From Mobula hypostoma (lineage: Eukaryota), in assembly GCF_963921235.1 (NCBI RefSeq), contig NC_086108.1:12276001-12340000 (forward strand): DNA of 64,000 nucleotides. Direction: 5' to 3'. A model generated the notes under the pieces. That model saw only the letters and a list, made by a program, of their open reading frames with translations, was not told the origin of the DNA and searched no databases. Each line of letters starts with the position of its first letter. Positions within the stretch are counted from its first letter, which is position 1. Shown one piece after another: positions 47,399 to 57,369 of the stretch. Both the position numbers and the translations under genes were made by a program.

Positions 47399-50300
47399 GA
47401 ATTGAATTGAATTGAAAATACACTTGGACTAAGATGTCAACTGTCCTGTGCTGTCACCAGTGGGATCATCAGTTGATCTGCCACCTGTCTTCAGGAGTTT
47501 CGGCCCACTTATGATCAAGGCTCCCTCGAGATGGTGGGCCAGCAGTGCTAAAGCACCACCTCCCACTGGTGAGCTTAAAAACTTGGCATCTGCCTCTATC
47601 AGAGTTGTTGGTCACTTCCATCCAACAGATAGTCTACAGGTGTCTATGCAACTACTGATGGATTTGCAAAAGATGGATACACTGTCTGACTATCTGCCCC
47701 TCTGGACATACTTGGTCCACACCCATGCTGATCCTGTCTCTGCTGCCTCAGCTACTGCCCTGCTGGTTGACTTGATCTCTCTTCTAGTGAAGCCAAAGTC
47801 ACGCAGCCACTTCTGTCACAACTTTGAGAACATTGCTATGTCTCCAAGTATACATGCCACTGGAAGGATTGACTCTGCATGCACTCAAAATATGTTGAAG
47901 TGTTCCCTTCTCGCCACAAGCAGCACACCCGTCTGTCTTATCTTCATATCAGGTGTTGAGGTTGGCAGGTGTTGGGAGCAGGTCATACGCTGCTCTGCAT
48001 AGAAAAAGAATGCAGAGCAGTTCCATCTGCCACAGAATATTTCAAGACAGATGTCGTTGTGCAACACTCTCCCATCATGTCCAAGCCCCTTATTTGGTCA
48101 GGCCAGCTGTTTTAGTTAATCGCTTCTCCTCTTCTACCTCTAGTGTTTCTTGCGTTACAAGCTCACGGCGCTCCTTACCTGTAGAAGATGACCACCACTT
48201 GTGGGTTGTCCATCCAAGTCCCTGGCGGCCTAGTTGGATAGCCCCAACCGTCTCCTTGTGCTTCAATCTGGACTCTGCCTCATCAACTGCTACATGGGCT
48301 GACCACTTCCTGCCTGATCTCACATCCTCCTGGGTGTTCTTGATGACAGGGTCTTTTGGGTCTTGAAGCATCAAGAATGATCTTACCTTGGCTACCTTGA
48401 CTTCTTCTACAAGGGATTGCACTGGGATGGTAAGCTTTGTCTGGCTACTGTGGATTGCAACACTGGTGAGGCTGCTCAGTACTCCAAGCCATTTCTTCAC
48501 ATACTTGTTGATCTTCCATTCCATTGCCTCAACATGGGACATTTCCACTTCATAGACAGTGGCCACATTATCCATGGCATCAGTCCGTACTGCAAGCACC
48601 ACAACTTCAACTTGCCAGGCAAGCCACACTTGTTGATAGATATCAGACCTCTGCTGATCTGTTCTCCTGTCTCTTGAACCCTCTTGGTGTTCTCAGCTCC
48701 TCTGTGTACCATTGCCCGAGTCTCTTAACTGGTTGGTCCTGAATGGATGGAATCTCCTCTCCACAAAGGGTGAAATGAATGTTCACCGGCTTTCCTCTCT
48801 TAAGAACAAGGTTCCTTGACTTCTTGGTCTTGAACTTCACTCTTCACCAATCCATTAGCTCCTCGAGTCTAGATAGTACACTTTCCACTGCCTCCGTGCT
48901 GGGACCCAAAAGGGTGAGATCATCCATGAATACTCGTATTGGTTGTAACTCCCCTCCGCCATCATGTGCGACACCTGGTCCCACTGATTCTGCAGCCCTC
49001 ACAATGACCTCCATGGCCAACACAAAAAGGATGGGTGAAATCGCACATCCCATTGAGATTCCAACATCCAAGCTCTGCCACCTAGTTGTAAACTGCTGAG
49101 TGGAAAACCTCATCCGGAAATCGTTGTAGTACTGCATAATAAATTTCCTCACCTTAGCAGGAATCCATAGAAATTCCATCACAAACTCAATCAGGACATG
49201 CGGAAACAGAACCATACGTATTTGCAAGATCAAGCCAAACTACAGCTAAATTTCTTCTTAGCCTTTTCGACCCCTGGATGGTATGTCATATCATACTAGA
49301 ACGTTCAAGGCATCCCGGGAAGCCTGGTATTCCTGCCTTCTGCACAGACCATTTAACAGTCCATTCTCTATCACATTCTTTCTGCTAGAATGCCAAACAT
49401 AATCTTCCCCTCTACCTTCAGGAGTGAAAATGGTCAGAACTGATTCAATGTAGAAGAATTCTCTTCCTTCGGGATGTATACTCCTTCAGCCTCACTCCAT
49501 GACAAAGGAACAACACCTTGTCTCCACACCACCTTTAACAATCTCCACAAGTATTTCCTCAGCTCTTCACACTTCTTGAACACCTTATACGGCACTCCAT
49601 TAGGTTCTGGCACTGAGCCTGACCTTGTCTTTCTGATGAACTGTTCGACTTCTGCCAGTTTGGGTTCTGACAGATTGAACTTCACTCCTGGCTTGGTAGG
49701 CTTCACAAGCCCTGAAATGTCAAGCAAAGGAGCCTCCCGCTGTTCGTTCGAGTAAGTGCTTGCCAGGTGATCCTCAAGTTCTTGTTGAGAGATGTTAAGC
49801 TGCCCGCTCTTACTTTGTTCAAACAACTTCTTTGTGAACTGGTGAGGATTCTCAAAGAATGGCTTTCTTGCCTTCTGTCTCTTCTTTCTCTTTTTACGTT
49901 GTGACTCTGCATGACAGAGCGATGCTAAATTTAATCAAAAATGCTCTCCAAGATCAGCAAGCCCTGGCTTGTCACCCTCACTTGCTACCTTCCACCTCTG
50001 TCTCAATGATCTAAGCTCTCTCCTCAACCTGCTAATCTCCTTCTGGTGCCTGCTTGGTTGCTGTGTAGGCTTTGCTTTCTTCAACTCAACCAGACCAAAC
50101 CGGTACTTTCCAGCATCATAAGTCATATCGCCCATCCTTCCAACTTTCTGTTTGATGTTCCCCTGAGAGTGTTCTCCAACATCATACTGATATCCTCATC
50201 AAACACACGCCAGGTCTTCTCATCTGCCATTGCTGGCCATTTGACCTTCCTCTTCTTCTCTACCTCCACACCACCGCCATCATGCGAAGGATCTACCTGG

Positions 50301-50800
50301 GTACTGTGGTCTGAAACCTGATCTGGGTTATCTGTCATCTGACCTGGAGTATGATGACTCTCTTCAGAGCGAATCGCAGTGGTTTGTGAATCAGTGGTTG
50401 AAAAGACCACATCATCTGTGCTTGGTGAAGAAATCTCATCTTCATCCACTGGGATGGAATAGCACTTCAACTTTGCTTGGTGGACTTGTGCTTGAAAACA
50501 CTCTCCCACACCAATACACTGGACATTCAGAGCCTCTTACCCTAGCTCTTGGTCATAGTCGTTCCCTGTAATTAACTGTATCCGTCCGATTGGGTCCATC
50601 ATTCTCCCTCCCTCTTGGAGGACCCTGAGGGTATGTTTCTCCATGTAAACTAGAAGCTTCAAGAGGTGGGTGCTCTTCTGAGCTGGTGCCCGGACTGCAA
50701 ATCCCGACACCCCCGGTGCCAATCTTTCCTGGCTGTCAGCTGTCTCTCCACGCTGTCACCGGACTATTCCTGGTGGTCACTGGTGTCCAGAACTGAAGGT
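47399..50800 (-). mobile_element. Near-full-length decayed HERO-type (R2 group, RLE-class) non-LTR retrotransposon
   Basis: Remnant of a single ORF: N-terminal Zn finger (..VHQAKLKC), VKWP, GSVPEPNGVPYKVFKKC, GISMGCAISPILF, FMDD, CCHC knuckle CAAC..HILSAC, RH, C-terminal AAETGSAWVW, stop at 47690-47692. (TTCAA)n tail at 47399-47416. The 5' end is approximate. Confidence 0.85.
47454..47572 (-). ncRNA. Candidate pseudoknotted, kink-turn-containing hammerhead ribozyme in the HERO 3' UTR
   Basis: CTGATGA (47472-47466) and GAAA (47501-47498), with stem I TTGATC/GATCAA, stem II GGCCCA/TGGGCC, stem III CTCCT/GGGAG, an extra helix CCATCT/AGGTGG and a 12-bp closing helix. Position U16.1 is C in this copy. 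Confidence 0.7.
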
Positions 50801-51044
50801 ACAATAGTCTGAATGGCCAGATGGTTCTTTTCTTTCCTTACAGGGGAAAAGCAAAGATGGGATGTTTAGTGATGTGTAACCTCAGACAGATGGTAATCCA
50901 TGAGAAAATGAACTGGCCAAGGGATAGAGTCAAGAAGGCAAGAAGGACAAATAGGCAGAGAGAGGTGCGGGAGGCAATGGTAATACTCCTTTCCCTTCTT
51001 CTACCTTCTGAATGGTATAACAGCACGATATAGGTCAGTTGCAT

Positions 51045-53505
51045 ATATACTTTATATACTTTATACTTTATACTTTATTGTCACCAAACAATTGGTACTA
51101 GAACATACAATCATCACAGCGATATTTGATTCTGCGCTTCACACTCCCTGGATTACAAATATTAAATATTAAATATACTTAAAGTAGTTAAAATTAGTAA
51201 ATATTAAAAATTTAAATTATAAATCATAAATAGAAAATAGAAAAATGGGAAGTAAGGTAGTGCAAAAAAACTGAGAGGCAGGTCCAGATATCTGGAGGGT
51301 ACGGCCCAGATCTAGGTCAGGATCCATTCAGCAGTCTTATCACAGTTGGAAAGAAGCTGTTCCCAAATCTGGCCATACGAGTCTTCAAGCTCCAAAACCT
51401 TCTCCCAGAGGGAAGAGGGACGAAAAGTCTATTGTCTGGGTGGGTCCTGTCCTTGATTATCCTGGCAGCACTGCTCCGACTGTCACAATAGCGGGGGCAT
51501 TGGGAGCAAGGGTGGACCCAAATTCAAGACACATCTTGTGAGGTTAATTAAATTTAGTTTTTTGTTTGAAACCAGGAGAGCAAGGCAGGAGTAGGAATAG
51601 TGAACTGGACAAGGACTGAGGACTATGACTAGGCTGGGACCAAGGGTCTGGCCTAGGACTCGGAATCGGCTCCCAGAACTAGAGGAGACATGAAGAGGCT
51701 AGGGTATGGACTCCGAGCCAGAGACTGGGCAAGGACCCAGTATCTGGGTCTTGCCTCGGGCTCGGACCCCAGAACCAGGCATGGACATGACATGGGCTAG
51801 GTAGAGGAGGAACATGGGCTAGGTAGAGGAGGAACATGGAATACAGAGCCTCGGTCTCGGGAGAGCAGGTACATGGAACCATGGACACATACACAGAACA
51901 CAGAGTTGGGACCCCTCCTTGAATACAGGACATAGGGCCGGGACTCACACACAGAACAGAGAGCCGGGACCCCTCCTTGGGTACAGGACATAGGGCCGGG
52001 ACTCATGACCCTCCGTGGGGCAACAGCAAGATGGCCTGAATTACCCCACGGAGGCGAGGACAAGACAAGACAGAACATGACCCCCCCTCCCCCCCCCCGC
52101 GGGGCAACAGCAAGACGGCCTGACTTACCCCACGGAGGCGAGGACAAGACAAGACCAACACGAAAGCACACCAGACAATACCTATCTAGCTCCGGCGATA
52201 GAACTAGACTGAAGTGCAGGCGAGGGATGCAGACGAGGGCTAGAGGCGAGAGGGGCAGAGAAGGGATTCAGACAGCGGGGTCGGACAGGAATCACAGACC
52301 GCTGAGGTCAGGACTTGACTCAGAACTGGGAAGCCGCCAGGGACAGGACTTGACTTGATACTTGAATGCCACCCGGGCCAGGACTTGAGTTGACGTGGTA
52401 CTTGGATGCCGCCGGAGCCAGGACGTGGTGCTTGGAGCCTCCAGGTAGTGGTGAGCTCTAGACTCGGCCCAGGAACAGTAGACAGCAGCTCCTGATTCTC
52501 TCTGGCGGGTTAACCGACAGACCCACCTTGATGAGGAAACTTTGCAGGCTCACTTCGATGAGGTAACTGGACAGGGTTGCTCTGGTGAGGAAGGACGAAT
52601 TACTGGCACTCGCTTCGGCAGAGACTAGGCTTGCTCCGGCCAGATGACATCGGCACACCGTACCTTTGATGACTTTGCAGACGCTCCCGCGCCGAACGGC
52701 TGAAATTCGGAGACTATAAACTACCGGTTCAGCTGAGCGTTAATTGCCTCTAATCACCAAAGCTGAGGGACACGGGAAAACAGGGAATCAACGGTCCGGG
52801 TTGTAACAAACAAGGTAAATTTAAAGGGACCTTGATCCAGACCATGACACCGACAGCGTGTAGTGTAAAGTGAGTCCACAGATGGAAGATTGGTTTGTGT
52901 GATGTGCTGCACCGTGTTCACGATCTTCTGCAGCTTCTTTTGGTCTTGGACAGGACAACTTCCATACCAGGTTGTGATGCACCCTTTAAGAATGCTTTCT
53001 TCCTGTGCATCTATAAAAATTAGTGAGGGTTTTAGGGGACAGGCCAAATTTCTTTAGTTTTCTCTGGAAGTAAAGGGGCTGGTGGGCCTTCTTGGCAGTG
53101 AACTCTGCTTGGTTGGACCAAGTCAGGTCAATTGTGATACTGACCCCGAGGAACTTAAAGCTTTTGACCTGTTCCACTTGCGCACCACCGATGTAGATGG
53201 GGTCGTGCGGTCCGCTACTCCTTCTGAAGTCAACAATCAATTCCTTCATCTTGCTGACATTGAGGGATAGGTTATTGTCCTCACACCATGCCACCAGGTT
53301 CTTAATTTCCTCTCTGTACTCAAACTCATCATTACCCAAGACACGGCCTACAATTGTTGTGTCATCAGCAAACTTATATATTGAGTTTGATGGAAACTTG
53401 GCTACACAATCATGGGTGTACAGTGAGTTCAGCAGGGGACTGAGTACACAGCCTTCTGGGGCACCGGTGCTCAGAGTGATTGTAGAGGAGAGCTTGTCCC
53501 CTATT
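51045..53505 (-). mobile_element. Rex1/Babar-type LINE 3' half interrupted by a solo LTR
   Basis: TGAPEGCVLSPLL/KFADD region at about 53350-53470. ORF 52986-53339 reads LNVSKMKELIVDFRR..FKFLGV. (tataaag)n tail at about 51045-51075. Confidence 0.9.
51481..52849 (-). mobile_element. Long solo LTR (1369 bp), Gypsy-like
   Basis: TGTCA...TGACA termini, perfect 5-bp TSD ccgac at 51476-51480 and 52850-52854, internal subrepeats, TATA-like motif near 52715. Confidence 0.9.
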
Positions 53506-53519
53506 TTGGGGTTCTGTCC

Positions 53520-54357
53520 TATCTATATCGCAGAGAATTGGTAGATGGAGTTTAAACCAGATAAATATGAGGTATCGCACCTCGGTAGGGCAAGCAGAAG
53601 GAGATAGTACACTGTTAAGGACAAGTTCCTTAACAGTGATGCTAAACAAAAAGATCATGGGATCCAATTTCATAGCTCCTTGAAAGTGGCTACACAGGTC
53701 GATAGACTGGTTAAGAAGGCTTATTAAGTGCTTGTATTACTCAAGCCATTGAGTACAAAAGTCAAGAATTTATTCTGCAACTTTATAAAACTCTGGTTAG
53801 GCCACAAATGGAGTATTGTATACAGTTCTGATCACCGCACTATAGGAAGGATGCTGAGGTTTCAGAGAGGGTGCAGCAGAGGTTTACCAGGATGATGCCT
53901 GGTTTAGAGGGCATGTATTATGAGAGGATAAAAAAATTGGGTTGCTCTGGAGCACTGGAGGCTGAGGTGAGATCTGATAGAGGTTTATAAGATTATGAGA
54001 GATTTAGGTAGAGTAGACGGGGAGTATTTGTTTCCATGGTTGAAATGTCTAATGCCAGAAAGCATGCATTGGAGGTGAGAGGGGATAGGTTTAAGAGGGA
54101 CATGAGGGGTAGGTTTTTTGACTCAGAGAGTGGTGGATGCCTGGAATGTGCTGCCTGGTATGGTGGTAGAGGCAAATACGTTAGAGGCTTTGAAGAGATA
54201 TTTGGATGGACACATGAAGATGGAGGGACACGGAAATGTTGTAGGTAGGAAGGATTAGTGTTTGGGAGTTTTTGATTTGCTTTGCTTTTTAGCTGGTTCA
54301 GCACAATGTTGAGGGCCAAATGGCCTGTTCCTGTGCTATACTGTTCTATGCTCTATG
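53520..54357 (+). mobile_element. CR1 3' fragment
   Basis: gatggagtttaaaccagataaa...gagtattgtatacagttctg; tail gttctatgctctatg. Confidence 0.8.
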
Positions 54358-54509
54358 AAAAGTGATGTAAGAACAGAGAAACCTGGGGAGTCATCTCCAA
54401 GTAAGGCAACATAAGACAAACTCAACTATTCATTGGTGGAGAGGTCAGGAACTTGGGAGAAGATAATGAATGTGATTGACAAAAGGACCAGAAAGTGAGG
54501 GCTAATTTG

Positions 54510-55010
54510 TAGCATTGTGTGCAGTTTTGGTCACCAACCTACAGGAAAGATGTAAATAAGGTTGAAAATTTACAAGGATGTTGCCAGGACTGGAGGGCCT
54601 GAGCTATAAGGAAAGATTGAATAGGTTAGGACTTTATTCCTTGGAACGTAGAAGACTGGAGGGAGATTTGATGGAGGTATAGATAGTGTAAATGAAAGCA
54701 GGCTTTTTCCACTGAGGTTGGGTGGGACTACACCAGAGGTTAAGGGTGAAAGGTGAAAAGTTTAAGGGGAACATAAGGGGAAACTTCTTCACTCAGAGGG
54801 TGGTGAGAGTGTGGAATGAACTGCCAGCACAAGTGGTGCATGCAAGCTTGATTTCCACTCTTAAGAGAAGTTTGGATAGGTACATGGATGGTAGGGGTAT
54901 GGAGGGCTATGATCCAGGAGCAGATCAATGAGACTAGGCAGTTTAAATAGTTCAGCACAGACTAGATAGGCTGAAGGGCCTTTTCCTATGCTGTATTTTT
55001 CTATGACTCT
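54510..55010 (+). mobile_element. CR1 3' fragment
   Basis: ORF 54722-54931 reads RGNFFTQRVVRVWNELP. Confidence 0.8.
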
Positions 55011-56709
55011 AACTATTTGGTGTGGGAACAAAAGGTTACTCATGCACACGGTGAGTGCTTGGGGATTAGGACTCTGGCTTCCTTCCCACAGCCCAGAAAT
55101 TGCGGGTGGTAGGTCAGCTGACTGCTCTATGTTACCCCTGGTTTAAGTAAGTGGAGGGAGCACTGGTGTAGGCAGTGGTTGAGAATAGGTTACAAGGAGA
55201 GAAGAGGGAAATCAGATTGATGGAATTGTTTCAAGAGCTGGAATAAATTTGATGGGTCAAATGGCTTCCTGATATTTTAAGTATTTTCACCATTCAGACA
55301 AACTTAAGTATTGAGCGATCTGTCTTTCTCCCGCTCTTTTTTGATGAAGAGTGGGAGCTTCTCAGATGGGTGGGGGAGAAGATTGTAACATTGGAACAGC
55401 TAGTTGTTGGTCTCCCCTCTCATTGTAGCAGGAGCAATCTCTCTCTCCCTCACTGGGAGAAAGAGTCTGTCTGTCAGATACCAAAGTGCTGGTTTGTGGA
55501 TTGTAGTTTTGATGAAATATGGATTAAGATGTCTTTGGTGGTTTGGAGCTTCTGCTGTTGCAGGCATGCTGAGGGGGAAGAGGAGGTCGATACTTTTGCT
55601 GCTGCTTGTGTGAAGGGTGGGGGGAGTTTTGGAGCTGATGTTTCTATCATTGATTCAACGGGGTATCTTGTTTCATGGATGTCTGTGGAGAGTACGAATT
55701 TCAGACTGAATACTGCATTCACACTCCGATATTAAATGAACTTTGGGACCTTTGAACCTTTGAAGTACCTGAAAGGATTTACATGTTTCTGAGGAGAGTT
55801 TGGGCAATGGGAACAGCTCGATTGATCCCACAATTCTTCTGGAAAGGCTCAATAAGCCAAAGGCCTTGTCCTGAGCTGTGAGCATTCTGCTGCCAGGAAT
55901 AAAACCAAGGAAGGTCTCCTATAGCTTCATCATTCCGTGAATGGACATCAGGTAGAGAATTGGGTCCCAGATGTGCCATGATGTGGAAAACTCTTCCAGG
56001 GTTTATCAGTTTCAGCGATTAGACCTGGGAGGAGCCAAGTTTGTTCTTCTGGGATGGGGAGGAGATTGGGTAGGAGGAGGAGGAAGAATCTTCAATTGAG
56101 TTTCAATTATTTTATCTGAGGATATGATACTAATAGTTATAGCGAGTGATAATGTAAATCACAGTTACTGAGCCTGGGTGCTCCTCCATGTTCCCAGTCC
56201 AATGACCAGCCAAACATTACCCTAGACCTCCCTTGACCTTCTTTTCTTAGGCTTCATTAGCCTTCATTAATTCAGTACTTATGAAACTTAGTGTCCCTGA
56301 AAGGATTCACGGTCTATCCTGCCATTTCGTCTACAGCAAAGGCATAGAGTGATCATCTGTCCTAGCAGGGTGGTGAGACAGTTAGATTTATGTGGTTCAA
56401 GGTCCGAGGCGGACAGGGAGCAGATAATCATTGTGCTTGCAGCTTGTATCGGTCCTGCAGAGGCCCTAGCTGATTGGACACATTTGCCTCAGATCAGACC
56501 TGAAGAAACAGCCCATAAATCACAGAATGAAGTCCGGTCAGGGAAGTGCACACAAAGCATTCAGCATAAAGTTTAGCACAGAACCTGCCTGGATGTGGTG
56601 ACATACATACAGCAGGGCAAAGGTTGGTAGGGTGTGGCATGACCCCCTTGTGGGGCAGTGGTGAGGTAAATTAGCAAGACACAGGCCTTCTTGTAGCGGA
56701 GGATAATTA

Positions 56710-57190
56710 GAGTCATAGAGACATAAAGAAGTACCTGTATGTCACAGAAACAGGCCTTTGGCTCATCTAGTCGATGCTGAAATATTTAAGCTGCCTACTT
56801 CCATCTGGACCATAGCCCTGCATACCTCTACCATCCATGTACCTATCCAAACCTCTTAAACATTGAAATTGAGCTCACATGCACCACTTGCGCTGGCAGC
56901 TTGTCCCACACTTCCATGACACTCGGAGTGAAAAAGTTCTCCCTCATGTTCCCCTTAAGCTTTTCACCTTTCACCCTTAACCCATGACCCCTGGTCGTAG
57001 TCCTGATCCAACTTCAATGAAAAGAGTCTGCTTGCATTAACCCTATCTATACCCCTCATAAATGTGTATATCGCTATAAAATCTCCTCTCTCTTCTATGT
57101 TTCAAGGATTAAAGTCCTAACCTATTCAACCTTTCCTTATTACTCAGTTCCTCTAGACCCAGCAACATCCTTGTAAATTTCCTCTATTTC
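56710..57190 (-). mobile_element. CR1 3' fragment
   Basis: Reverse-complement similarity to 54560-55010. Confidence 0.75.
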
Positions 57191-57369
57191 TTATTTCTGT
57201 TGAGCATGGTGCAGTTTCTCAGCACAGAAGCAAGCCTCTCAGCCAACTGCCCTGCTGACCAAGACGTCCAAGGAAGCCTGTGGTTGCCTGCGTTTGGCCC
57301 ATAACCTCCTTAACCTTTCTAATCCACATACCTGTCTAACTGTCATCACTATAGTCATTTTCTGGTGTA

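Noticed and set aside
47459..47509. Alternative canonical type II hammerhead fold using AGTGGG/CCCACT as stem II
   Set aside because: It gives no G10.1-C11.1 pair and no UH site or stems between GAAA and CUGAUGA. The pseudoknotted model explains far more of the pairing.
47448..48002. 184-aa plus-strand ORF over the HERO 3' end, and similar antisense ORFs over CR1/Rex1 copies (e.g. 18424-18915, 46074-46478)
   Set aside because: Antisense shadows of retroelement coding sequence.
50825..50897. Acceptor-like ttcttttctttccttacag with a weak downstream gtaatc donor
   Set aside because: The donor is weak, the peptide is unrecognisable, and the site is adjacent to the HERO 5' boundary; evidence is insufficient.
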